From an uncultured Actinomycetes bacterium (GTDB taxonomy: Bacteria > Actinomycetota > Thermoleophilia > RBG-16-64-13): 34,927 bases of DNA. The position numbers were made by a program, and so were the translations under genes. Every line of letters begins with the position of its first letter. The stretch's first letter is position 1. Positions 1 through 9,030 of the stretch are shown piece after piece. The notes under the pieces were generated by a model that saw only the letters and a program-made list of their open reading frames with translations, made no database searches and had not been told where the DNA came from. The stretch is from assembly GCA_963706025.1 (NCBI GenBank), contig CAVPLM010000025.1, forward strand, positions 1-34,927, in the 5' to 3' direction.

Positions 1-172
1 ATGAGCGAGTAGCGACCACCCCGGGAAACAATGACCGCGGAGTATTCGGCCGTCTTTGATATCGACCACAGAGGTGTTGGCATCACCAGTGCTCGGACGA
101 GATGAAGCTGAGGCCCTCGAGAACAGACCTCTCTCCAGCCCTACTGTCACTGCCGCCGAGTCGCTCAGCCAT
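1..172 (-). pseudogene. Possible degraded 5' end of a molybdopterin oxidoreductase (pyrogallol transhydroxylase-like large subunit)
   Basis: ATG at 172 with GGGAG upstream, overlapping the aminotransferase stop. It reads MAERLGGSDSRAGERSVLEGLSFISS and, after a frameshift, TGDANTSVVDIKDGRILR, resembling the GLSF...VDVKDGKIIR N-terminus of that family. It runs off the window edge. Confidence 0.35.
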
Positions 173-1538
173 CTCGGCTCCCGTTGCCCCGGCCTATGCC
201 TTCCATGATGTCTTTGGACAAGCCGATGAACTTGTCGATGTCGGCTTCGATCATCGGCTCCGACAACGCAATCTGACCACGGAACAGCGGGAGTACGCCG
301 CGGTTCGCCATCTCCCATGCGAATATCTGCATCGCCCCCTCGCTGGAATAGGTGACCAAATCACGGGCGCTACGATAGATCCGGCCCGGATGGTCCGTCA
401 CCTCGTATCCCAGGAACGAACCGCGCCCGTTGACGAGGAGAGGGTATTCGTTTTCGGCCGCCCAGCGGTTGAGCTCGTCTTTGATGCGAGCGCCGTAGGT
501 GGCAAGCCGCGCATAGACCGCGGGGGTCATCACCTCCATGCAGGCGATTCCCGCTCTGGTCGCAAGCGGGTGGCCGTGGTGCGTACCCGAGTGCGTCACC
601 CGGCCGGACGCCGTCAAGGCCATGATGTCCTTCGGCCCGCCGAGCGCACCCAGAGGTAGACCACCACCGATTATCTTGCCCATGACAGTAAGGTCCGGAA
701 TGATGCCGTAGTCACCCTGGAGACCTGAGTATGAACAGCGAAAGGTAATGGTCTCATCGACGATCAGCAGGATGCCGAGCGCCCGCGTCAGGTCGCGAAG
801 ACCCTGAACGAAATCCCAGTCCAGCTCGATAAGACCTCCGGCTCCGCCCTGCAGTTCGAGTATCACGCAGGCAACGTCACCCGCTTGTCGGGTGAGAATG
901 CGCTCACAGGCCTCGAGATCGTTCTGGGGCAGGACGACGGTGTTCGCGATCGTCTGGGGCGGCACGCCGGCGGAGTTCGCGACACCAAGCGGGTTAGAAG
1001 GGTGTCCCGCTAGGCGTAGTGGCTCCGGCTGAACCGAGACAAGAAACTCATCGGCGATCCCGTGGAAGCCACCCTCCATTTTGGCGAGCTTGGCTTTGCC
1101 GGTGTAGGCACGAGCCGTCCTCACCGCAACCAGACACGCCTCACTCGCGGAGCAGGTGAAGATGACTTGCTCCACGGATTCAATTCGATCAGCAATTATC
1201 TGAGCAAGCCTGTGCTCGTGGACCATGGGGCTGCCGAAAGAGAAGCCCCTTGGCACCGCTTCGAGCAACGCCTCGCGGACCGCTGGATGGTTGTTTCCCA
1301 AAACGTTCGTCCCGAAGTTGCAGTGAAAGTCGAGCAACTCGTGTCCGTCGATGGTATAGAGGTACTGACCTTCACCGTGGTCGGCATAGATGGGGTGCGG
1401 TCCATAGCTGACGCTACTGCGGCTGAATCCCCCCGGAATGTATGCGCAGGCGGCTTCGGCGACCGAGCCCGACACTGCGAACTTCTCCTGGAAGTCCCGT
1501 TTGACAGACTCCAGCGTAAGGCTCTTCACGGGTCCCAT
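165..1538 (-). CDS. Class III PLP aminotransferase (glutamate-1-semialdehyde aminomutase-like)
   Basis: 457 aa with GGFHG, LLIVDETITFR and PDLTVMGKIIGGGLPLGA (PLP lysine). GGGAGA-like RBS. Confidence 0.9.
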   Translation of the reverse strand: MGPVKSLTLESVKRDFQEKFAVSGSVAEAACAYIPGGFSRSSVSYGPHPIYADHGEGQYLYTIDGHELLDFHCNFGTNVLGNNHPAVREALLEAVPRGFSFGSPMVHEHRLAQIIADRIESVEQVIFTCSASEACLVAVRTARAYTGKAKLAKMEGGFHGIADEFLVSVQPEPLRLAGHPSNPLGVANSAGVPPQTIANTVVLPQNDLEACERILTRQAGDVACVILELQGGAGGLIELDWDFVQGLRDLTRALGILLIVDETITFRCSYSGLQGDYGIIPDLTVMGKIIGGGLPLGALGGPKDIMALTASGRVTHSGTHHGHPLATRAGIACMEVMTPAVYARLATYGARIKDELNRWAAENEYPLLVNGRGSFLGYEVTDHPGRIYRSARDLVTYSSEGAMQIFAWEMANRGVLPLFRGQIALSEPMIEADIDKFIGLSKDIMEGIGRGNGSRDG

Positions 1539-1567
1539 GGTCCATTCTCCCTTTCTTGCCGCTTGAT

Positions 1568-3403
1568 CTATCCGCCGTTTGGCGAAGCGGGCATCTCACC
1601 TGCGCCCGGCGCGGCACCTTGTGGCCATCGCTGTCCATTCATACCCCCGGGCGGCAGATTGCCGCCCATCCCGGGTCCCCCGCCGGGCCCGCCCGGACCC
1701 ACCGTGCCACTGTTGCCGCTGCCGTCACCCTTGCTGGCCTCGCGCTCGCCGCTCAGCTGAGCAGCTATGGAGGCCACGCGGTTCTCGACGAAGTAGGCCA
1801 GGCCCACGAACATGCCTCCCATCGCCCAAGCCCGGGTCTGGCCAGAGAGGTTCTCTTTCAGACCCTGCTCGAACTGCTCCAGTGAAACACCGTCGTCCTT
1901 CTCCACATAGGGCCGGATCAGGTCGGCAATCTCGTTGATGCGAGTGGTCATCCATTCCACGGAAAACGGCCCCTCGATCAGGTCTTGAAGGTAGCCGTGG
2001 TAGGTCTGGAGGTACTCCGGCTCCGAGATCAGCTGCTCGACCAACGGGTATTGGTCCACCGAGGCCGCCGTCGGCTCGTCGATGAAGAAGTTGAGGATCT
2101 GGTCCTGGTTCAGCCCGGAATTGAACCCCCCGAAGGACATGTTCAGATCCCAAGGGATTATCGAGAACTTGCCTCCATCTTCGTAAAGGTAGTAGTTGTG
2201 CCCCATCCCGGTGTAGTTGTCCAGATGCACCAGAGCCGTCGACACGGCCAGGTAGCGCAGGACCTCGTCCACGTCGAGCACGGCTTCGAGGTCGTGGGTC
2301 GAGACCTCGCTCGGTTCCGAGTTGAGCACCTCCAGAAGCTCGTACAAGCCGGAGTAGTCCGCCTTGTCCTCATTGGTCTTGAGCCCCACCGAAGTAAGGA
2401 GGTCGGTGTCGCGGCCCATGAAGCCCAGACCGCCCATGCCAGGGGGCATGCCGGGGCCCATTCCGCCGTCGCGACCGAGGCCCGCGGTGGTCGTCGTGCT
2501 TCCGCCTTTCCCACTCGTGTCGACCCGGCCGGGGATCCAGCCGGCCCCCTCACCCAAGCGCTCAATGATCTCCTCCAGATCACCCCCGCCGACATTGAAC
2601 GACTCGGCGGTCGTCGTGGTCGTCGGGGAGGCCTGTGCGCCGGCGGCCGGGCTGCCCTCGGCGGCCGCGCGATCCTCTCGGGCGGCGGCCTGCGCGACAA
2701 CGTCGGACTCGGTCCAGTCCAGCCTGCCTGCAAGCGTCTCAGGCTTGTAGAGATTGCCGTTCCCGTCGGCGAAGTTGTCTTGAACGAAGCGTGCATCGAC
2801 CGCTTCCACCTGGGTGTAAACGCCCAGGTGAGCGTCGTTCACCCACACGTCCACGAAGCAGGCTCGTGGAGTGGGGATCCCCACAGCCGCCATGACTTCG
2901 TAGCCGAGGAACTCCTTCATGAGGGTGGGATCGCTGAACCCGTTGCTGTAGCACAGCTTCTTGATGCCGTGATAATTGCGCGCCGAGTTGAAGAAGTTGA
3001 AGTCGACCTTCAGCCCGGCTCGAAAGCTCCCTGACGACAAGGCCTGCGAGAGCGAGCTGCTGCCTTTGGTGCGAACGGCGACGTCCTGCACCAGCTCGTT
3101 GTCGATCCAGATGTCGGCCTTGTAGTAGTCCTTGGCCATCGCGCTGACCTGCATGGACTGCCAATCCGCGTCATCCATGACGATACGGACGGTCAGGACC
3201 CGATCATCCGGGAAGACATCGTCGTAGCGATCGGCTAGGAGTCGGCTGTACGTGTCGGAATCGGTCTGGGTGGCCGTCTTCTCTGCGGCCGCGCTCGCCC
3301 CGCAGCCCGCGGCCAATGCGGCCATCACAAGAACGCCGGCGGCAAGAGCGCCAAGGAGTGCCGATACCGTCGACCCCGACTTCCGCCGTCCGTGGAGACT
3401 CAT
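1568..3403 (-). CDS. CotH kinase family lipoprotein
   Basis: Signal peptide with lipobox AAGC. CotH motifs VRTKGSSS, DPTLMKE, DNY..GHNYYLY and IIPWDLNMSFG. Gly/Met/Pro-rich inserts. Confidence 0.88.
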   Translation of the reverse strand: MSLHGRRKSGSTVSALLGALAAGVLVMAALAAGCGASAAAEKTATQTDSDTYSRLLADRYDDVFPDDRVLTVRIVMDDADWQSMQVSAMAKDYYKADIWIDNELVQDVAVRTKGSSSLSQALSSGSFRAGLKVDFNFFNSARNYHGIKKLCYSNGFSDPTLMKEFLGYEVMAAVGIPTPRACFVDVWVNDAHLGVYTQVEAVDARFVQDNFADGNGNLYKPETLAGRLDWTESDVVAQAAAREDRAAAEGSPAAGAQASPTTTTTAESFNVGGGDLEEIIERLGEGAGWIPGRVDTSGKGGSTTTTAGLGRDGGMGPGMPPGMGGLGFMGRDTDLLTSVGLKTNEDKADYSGLYELLEVLNSEPSEVSTHDLEAVLDVDEVLRYLAVSTALVHLDNYTGMGHNYYLYEDGGKFSIIPWDLNMSFGGFNSGLNQDQILNFFIDEPTAASVDQYPLVEQLISEPEYLQTYHGYLQDLIEGPFSVEWMTTRINEIADLIRPYVEKDDGVSLEQFEQGLKENLSGQTRAWAMGGMFVGLAYFVENRVASIAAQLSGEREASKGDGSGNSGTVGPGGPGGGPGMGGNLPPGGMNGQRWPQGAAPGAGEMPASPNGG

Positions 3404-3611
3404 CCGCCGTCCTCTCCCCGACCCACGCTACCAATGAGCGGCCCGCTCTCGCCGAAACAGGGGACTCATTGTGCACGATGTGACATAAGTTGGCCATAAG
3501 AAGCCGGCCGATCCCAGCGAACTCCTCCCAGGCAACCTGCTGGAAGTCACCTGCCTTGGTCCTCCACTCGCCGACTTGCGCTTCCCTGCCGACCGGCAGG
3601 GGGTTCTACCC

Positions 3612-4646
3612 TCAGCCGCAGGGTTCGTCGTAGGTATCGACCGGCAGCCCGGCCTGCAGCCAGGCCTGAATGCCTCCGTCCACGTTGTACACCTCAGTGA
3701 ATCCCAGCCGAATCAGTGTCTCGGCGGCTTGCCGGCTGCGGGTGCCGCTCTTGCAGATCACGTAGACGGGCCTGTTCCATGCTAGTTCAGCAGGAGCTCG
3801 CCCTTCGACTTCGGCCAGGGGGATGAGCAACGCTCCCGGGGGAACACCCGTCGCCGCCCACTCGGCGGGCTCACGCACGTCTATCAACTGCGCTTCGGGG
3901 TTCGCGCTCAACCGCTCATAGGTCGTCAGAACATCTACGGTCTCGTACGTCCTCTTCTCCGCGAGATACGCGGTCAGGTTCCACAGCATCTGGGCGCACT
4001 CACCCCGTGTGGCGTACTGGGTAGCGTCCCAATACGCCGCCGGTCCCTCCAGCCCCTCAAGGAGGCTGTTGAACTCGGCCATCCGGATGTTCTCGCCGTG
4101 TGTGGGGTCTCCAGAATTGAAGAGGCCCCTCCACCCCAGGGGAGGAGTCTCCAGCTTTGAGCCTCCGGCTCGCACCACCATGGTTATCACCTGCTGACGG
4201 GTGATCGGGTTACCCGGGCCGAAGGTGCCGTTTGTGTATCCCGTCGTCAGCCCAGCAGAAGCAGCCCGGGCGACGAAGTGGAACGGATACAGGTCACCCG
4301 GTAAGTGCTCCACGTCGGGGAAGGGACACCAGTCGCTCTCGGTCGGCTCATATCCCATGGTGAGAACGATCATCTTGGCGAACTGTTGGCGGATGACGAG
4401 GTCGGAGGGGCCGAAGGTGCCATCGGTGTATCCCTCTATGATGCCCCGCGTGGCCATGCCCTCGATGGCTGTGAAGTAGGGATGGGAAGCGGAAACGTCG
4501 GGGAAGCTGGAGGCGGCAACGGCCGGCGACGCCATGGACACCACGAAGGCCAGCAGTACGACAGCCCCGGCGCACAGACTGATGGTGAATCTCCGCTGGT
4601 GCCCACCACCGAGAGAGGTACGAACGACTGAACTCAAATCCATCAT
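3612..4646 (-). CDS. Secreted S-layer homology (SLH) domain protein with C-terminal rhodanese domain
   Basis: Likely start ATG 4646 after GAGGGG. Signal peptide ending AVA-A. SLH repeats (FPDV...GIIEGYTDGTFGP..VIRQQFA; GYTNGTFGPGNPITRQQ). Rhodanese LIDVREPAEW, CKSGTRS, GFTEVYNVDGGIQAW. Confidence 0.88.
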   Translation of the reverse strand: MMDLSSVVRTSLGGGHQRRFTISLCAGAVVLLAFVVSMASPAVAASSFPDVSASHPYFTAIEGMATRGIIEGYTDGTFGPSDLVIRQQFAKMIVLTMGYEPTESDWCPFPDVEHLPGDLYPFHFVARAASAGLTTGYTNGTFGPGNPITRQQVITMVVRAGGSKLETPPLGWRGLFNSGDPTHGENIRMAEFNSLLEGLEGPAAYWDATQYATRGECAQMLWNLTAYLAEKRTYETVDVLTTYERLSANPEAQLIDVREPAEWAATGVPPGALLIPLAEVEGRAPAELAWNRPVYVICKSGTRSRQAAETLIRLGFTEVYNVDGGIQAWLQAGLPVDTYDEPCG

Positions 4647-4862
4647 AGTCCCCCTCGCATCATCCTTTTGTTCACTGTACCGCTCTTGAGGACACGATAG
4701 AAGAAGACGCCCCCAACGGTCAGGCGTGACCGCTACCGAGGGGGGCTCTCGCCCACGATAGCCGGGGCCAGCGCCAGGGCTATAGGATTCTGGTTGTACT
4801 TCTCGAAATACGTGCCGATATACGGTCTGCATGGCTTCCAACACGACCGCAAAGGGTTTGAG

Positions 4863-5165
4863 ATGGACACTTCCGAGAAGGTGCGCGAGGACAGAGTGCG
4901 ACGGAGGGCCACCCGGCAGGGCTTCACCCTATGCAAGTCGCGCCGGCGCGATCCCCACGCCCTCGGCTACAGGGGCTACTGGTTGATCGACGACGAAGCC
5001 AATACCCTGATCGTCGGGGAGCACTGGGGCATGAGCCTCGATGACGTGGAAGGCTGGCTCAACCGCGATAAGGAGCGGGTTACCACCGTCAGCTTCACAC
5101 CGGCGGTGCACCAGACGCGCTGTGAGCCCCGTAGACGCATCGAAAGCCTCAAGGTAGTGGTCTAG
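4863..5165 (+). CDS. Small basic hypothetical protein, possibly of mobile-element origin
   Basis: MDTSEKVREDRVRRRATRQGFTLCKSRRRDPHALGYRGYWLID...SLDDVEGWL reads as a compact protein, recalled as similar to small actinobacterial element-borne ORFs. Confidence 0.6.
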   Translation: MDTSEKVREDRVRRRATRQGFTLCKSRRRDPHALGYRGYWLIDDEANTLIVGEHWGMSLDDVEGWLNRDKERVTTVSFTPAVHQTRCEPRRRIESLKVVV

Positions 5166-5340
5166 CACCCGTCGTTTCAGGCCCTTCTTGGCCGCATGCG
5201 TAAGAACGGGCCACCGGCTGGGTCGTACCTCCAAACCGCGAGCCAAGCATGAGTCGGGTCTAGATGACCTGTCGCCGGTGTTGCCTGTGGGAGCCCCCCG
5301 CCGGCGACCAGCCGAGGAGTAGCATGGTCCGATACTGATG

Positions 5341-5368
5341 GGAACAACCTCGGAACGCCGGCGTCGAA
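5341..5368 (+). promoter_or_regulatory. Candidate ECF sigma-factor promoter
   Basis: GGAAC-N16-CGTCGAA upstream of the SIMPL lipoprotein gene. Confidence 0.4.
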
Positions 5369-5450
5369 CATAGATGAGAGCTTTATGGGGGACGCGGATT
5401 GGCTTGCAGACCAGGAGGCGCTGCGGCGATCCACGAGAAAGGGGGGCACC

Positions 5451-6299
5451 GTGCCATTCACCAGGATGGGGAGACGGTTGACGCTCGCGGGCTGTGTTGT
5501 GTTGGCGCTCGCGCTATTGGTCTTCGGCGTCGCCGCCTGCACCTCCGATTCAACCGTGTCAACGTCTGCGGAAAGTCCGACAACCACACCTAGCGGGTCA
5601 ACTCAACCGCAGAGCTCGACCACGACGACCCTCAGCGCACCGGAAGCGCAGAGTCCTCTTCTTCACACCCTCACCGTTTCCGGCACCGGTCACATGAGCG
5701 CCCTTCCCGACCAGGCCGTCATCACCATAGGTGTGCAAGAAAGCGCGGCTACGGCAGCAGCGGCTCTCGATGCCAATTCCAAGAAGATGCAAGACGTCCT
5801 TGCTCGTCTGAGAGCAGAGGGGATACCGGACTCGGCCATCGAGACCACCAACGTGAGTGTCTACAGTTATCCCCTCTACGAGCAGAACACCGGCAAGCAG
5901 ACCGGCACCAGCTTCCAGGCCTCAAACTCGGTAGAGGTCACCCTGACCGACTTTAGCGCCATCGGCAGCGTATTCGCCGCCGCGACCGAAGCCGGGGCCA
6001 ACAACCTCTACGGCCCTACCTGGCAGCTCTCCGATAACACCAAAGCCCAAACCGAAGCGCTCGCCCTAGCCTCTGCCCAGGCCCGCGCCAAAGCCGAGGC
6101 CTTCGCCGCCGCCAATGGGGTGACCCTGGGCGACGTGCTCGTCCTTACCGAGGGCTACTCGGCTCCTGTCTACTACTACGGAGGAGAAGCGGCATATACT
6201 ACGACCACGGCCGCCGCTGCGATTGCTCCCCCGCCGATCAACCCTCAGAACTTGGACATCTACATCAACGTGACCATCACCTATCAACTCAAACCCTAG
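5451..6299 (+). CDS. SIMPL (DUF541) domain lipoprotein
   Basis: GTG after AAGGGGGG, lipobox VAAC, Ser/Thr linker. SIMPL motifs TLTVSGTG...PDQAVITIGV, GANNLYGP, ARAKAEAFAAANGVTLG. Confidence 0.88.
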   Translation: MPFTRMGRRLTLAGCVVLALALLVFGVAACTSDSTVSTSAESPTTTPSGSTQPQSSTTTTLSAPEAQSPLLHTLTVSGTGHMSALPDQAVITIGVQESAATAAAALDANSKKMQDVLARLRAEGIPDSAIETTNVSVYSYPLYEQNTGKQTGTSFQASNSVEVTLTDFSAIGSVFAAATEAGANNLYGPTWQLSDNTKAQTEALALASAQARAKAEAFAAANGVTLGDVLVLTEGYSAPVYYYGGEAAYTTTTAAAAIAPPPINPQNLDIYINVTITYQLKP

Positions 6300-6625
6300 A
6301 CGGCTGGTACTCGGCGGGCGGTGTGGACCGATTCGCACCGGTGCGTTGGAGCGACGTTGGCAGGTTCTTATTGTCTCCAACCGCCGTGTGCGCGTCGCAC
6401 AACACCGATGGCGTGGGCTGCGGCCGCGTTCAGGCCGGTCGCAGGTCTCGGCTCGCTCGCGGTCGGCGCCGCTGTTCGCCGGCCGAGAAGGCGCGCACGA
6501 GTATCTTCTCGCCTCGCTCCATCAGTTGTCTGGCCGACCGACGGAATCTCAATCGTCAGTCGAACGTCTAGGAGATGAGCCGTGAACGAGGCGAGTCGGC
6601 TCGACCTCCTTGCTAGATTCTGACC

Positions 6626-6931
6626 CTACACCGCGACCGCGTGGCCACGGACCTCGCGATCGATCCGGTCACCGAGCTCATCCGATGCCACGTCCAGATC
6701 ATAGTCCGCCTGCAGGCCGAGCCAGAACTGCGGTGTGGTGTCGAAGTAGCGCGCGAGCCTGAGCGCGGTCTCAGCGGTCACACGCCGCTTGCCGAGCACG
6801 ATCTCGTTGATGCGTCGCGGGGAAACGCCGATGCTCAGAGCGAGCCGGTTCTGGCTCAAGCCAAGCGGCTTCAGGAACTCCTCCATCAACACTTCGCCGG
6901 GGTGCACCGGCGCAAGCTTCTTGACCGTCAT
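6626..6931 (-). CDS. higA: HigA family antitoxin (XRE HTH)
   Basis: MTVKKLAPVHPGEVLMEEFLKPLGLSQNRLA...RINEIVLGKRRVTAETALRLARYFDTTPQFWLGLQADYDL. GAGGAGGA RBS. Confidence 0.93.
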   Translation of the reverse strand: MTVKKLAPVHPGEVLMEEFLKPLGLSQNRLALSIGVSPRRINEIVLGKRRVTAETALRLARYFDTTPQFWLGLQADYDLDVASDELGDRIDREVRGHAVAV

Positions 6932-6944
6932 GACAGTCCTCCTC

Positions 6945-7182
6945 TCAGTGGTAGTCGGTGATCTCCACGTCGTACGCGTCGCCGTCGTCCCATACGAAGC
7001 ACACGCGCCACTGGTCGTTGATGCGGATGCTGTGTTGACCCTCGCGGTCTCCGAAAAGCCTCTCCAGTCGGTTGGCCGGAGGGCTTGCGCAGGGCGACGG
7101 TCTGGATGTCTCCAGGCAGCTTCTTGGAGAACTGTCGATCGAACAACTTCTCGGTCTCGCCGTCGGCGAACGACTTGATCAT
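6945..7182 (-). pseudogene. higB: HigB (RelE/ParE family) toxin with internal deletion and frameshift
   Basis: N-terminal MIKSFADGETEKLF...IQTVALRK is joined out of frame to PPANRLERLFGDREGQHSIRINDQWRVCFVWDDGDAYDVEITDYH*. The usual ~15-codon segment between them is missing. Length 238 nt. Confidence 0.85.
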
Positions 7183-7188
7183 GAGAGA

Positions 7189-7217
7189 ACGATATAACGC
7201 GCGGCGTCATACGTCAA
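7189..7217 (-). promoter_or_regulatory. Sigma70 promoter of higBA (leaderless) with overlapping operator-like inverted repeat
   Basis: TTGACG-N17-TATCGT-N6-ATG. The spacer region contains the imperfect palindrome ATGACGC-cgc-GCGTTAT. Confidence 0.65.
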
Positions 7218-7324
7218 GCGTCATGAATCTAACGAGTGAACGGCCCCGGATTCAGTGGAAACTTGACTGCTTGAGCCAAGCCTCCAGACGGGCTCTCCCG
7301 ATCCGGCACTGATGAAGCAGTGAA

Positions 7325-8002
7325 CTAGCGCTTCGCTGCAAACTCCGACCAGGGGAATGCTTTGCCGTGGCCGGGGTAGACCGTACCAACATTCAGGGCT
7401 CCCAGCCGATCGATGCTGGCGTTGGCCTCGGGCAAGTCGTCGATCCAGACCATGCCCGGCCTGAAGAAGTTGTAGATCAAATCCCCACAGAACAGGTTGC
7501 CGTCTGCGGTCAACACGCCGATCGAACCCTTGGAATGCCCGGGCAGATGAACGATCGTGGCATCGAGCCCGTACAAGGATAGGCTCTGCCCATCTTCCAA
7601 GAAAAGGTCGGGCGAAAACCGGTCGAAGGGCGGCGGTCCGAGCAAGGACATGAGCCTGCCTACGAGCCCGATCACTCGCCCCATGGCCGTGATCCTGTCC
7701 GGCCGGGCTTTCCTACCCAAGGACATGTCTCCGCGCTCGACCATTTGCGCGTCGGCGGGGTGCATACCAACCGGGGCGCCATATTTCCTGTGGAGGTGGG
7801 CGCAGTTGTCAGCATGGTCGGAGTCCCCGTGGGTGAGGACTATGAGCTTGAGATCACCCAGCTGGCAGCCCGCGCTAGCTAGGCTCTTCTCCAGCGCGGC
7901 GCGCCGAGCGGCGACCCCAGAGTCGATGAGCACAAAGCCGTCACCGGCCTGCAGAAGAAAGCAGTTGCTACCCGCTTTGATGGTTTGGATCTTCGCGGCC
8001 AC
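7325..8002 (-). CDS. MBL-fold metallo-hydrolase
   Basis: LIDSG, THGDSDHAD, PGHSKGS, CGD, PGHG motifs. AAGGAG RBS. Confidence 0.9.
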   Translation of the reverse strand: MAAKIQTIKAGSNCFLLQAGDGFVLIDSGVAARRAALEKSLASAGCQLGDLKLIVLTHGDSDHADNCAHLHRKYGAPVGMHPADAQMVERGDMSLGRKARPDRITAMGRVIGLVGRLMSLLGPPPFDRFSPDLFLEDGQSLSLYGLDATIVHLPGHSKGSIGVLTADGNLFCGDLIYNFFRPGMVWIDDLPEANASIDRLGALNVGTVYPGHGKAFPWSEFAAKR

Positions 8003-8070
8003 CGTCAGGCTCCTTCGCTCCCGGTGGACTCAGTCCTCGTCCAAGCGTCGCGGTCTTCTGCGCCGGTCGT

Positions 8071-8886
8071 TCATGGCTCCTGCTTGCTCTCGAGGGCCGT
8101 CACGGTAGTGTCGTATACCAAGGTGGTGATCTTCAGTGACTCCAGCATTTCGCCAGCGGCGGCAAGCTCCTCCGCCTCGGCAAGGAGGCGAGCGATACGA
8201 GCAGGAGCGACTTTGGAGGCGGCCGCTGTCGTGAGCGCCGCGAGCAGTCGGCGCTCGGCGCCCCTACTCATGCTCAGGTAGGGAAGGCCGTCATACCATA
8301 GAAGCCGTTCTTCCATGCAGGTGAAGGGATGGCGCTTACCTGCCATGGAGGCCAAGACAGTTCCCCGCTCTTCTGCTTGGGAAATCGCCCAGTCCCAATT
8401 GAACCGGGTGACGGGGACCGGATCGAGGGCGCGCATCTGCAGCACCTGGAAGAAATGGTACACAGGCCGCAGCCCGGAGACGAGGCCGTTGCCGGTTCCC
8501 CCCGCCACCCCAACGCCGACTGCCGGGAGTCCAGCAAGCGGGCCGGAGCGGGCGAACACTCGGAACATCTTGAGGATCAACAACCTCAGCATGGCCGAGG
8601 TGTCCGACCAGTAGATCGGCGTTCCGATAACCAGCGCGCCGCAGCTCAGCAGCTTGCCGGCCAGGTATTCAAATCCGGCATCGGAGTAGGCGCATTTCAG
8701 CGCGTCCATGCACGTCCACGGCTCGCAGTCTTTGCAGGCGGCGACCGCGTAGTCGGCCAATTGCACGAGTTCGACCTGCGCGCCGGCCTTCGCCGCCCCC
8801 TCGAGGGCGGCGCTGACCATGCGAAATGTCCTGCCCTCACGGTTGGGGCTGCCCACCACTCCAAGTACGCTGGCGTTGTCGGGCAC
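8071..8886 (-). CDS. Flavodoxin family / iron-sulfur flavoprotein (NADPH-dependent FMN reductase-like)
   Basis: GVVGSPNREGRT, Cys cluster CKDCEPWTCMDALKC, GTPIYW. Likely GTG start at 8886. Confidence 0.82.
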   Translation of the reverse strand: MPDNASVLGVVGSPNREGRTFRMVSAALEGAAKAGAQVELVQLADYAVAACKDCEPWTCMDALKCAYSDAGFEYLAGKLLSCGALVIGTPIYWSDTSAMLRLLILKMFRVFARSGPLAGLPAVGVGVAGGTGNGLVSGLRPVYHFFQVLQMRALDPVPVTRFNWDWAISQAEERGTVLASMAGKRHPFTCMEERLLWYDGLPYLSMSRGAERRLLAALTTAAASKVAPARIARLLAEAEELAAAGEMLESLKITTLVYDTTVTALESKQEP

Positions 8887-9030
8887 CTGCCACCTCTTTT
8901 CGGTTGTTGGTCGCCCAAGGAGCAGACTGGTTCCAGGGACATCGTACAACTCGTTACTTCTTCTGTGGGCTCCGGGGACCTGACCTGGACGAGTGACTGC
9001 CTGCTCCGCAACAGAGATGATGTGATGTAC

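Noticed and set aside
6300-6625. Short ORFs or ncRNA between SIMPL and higA
   Set aside because: No recognisable protein motif, RBS or convincing RNA structure.
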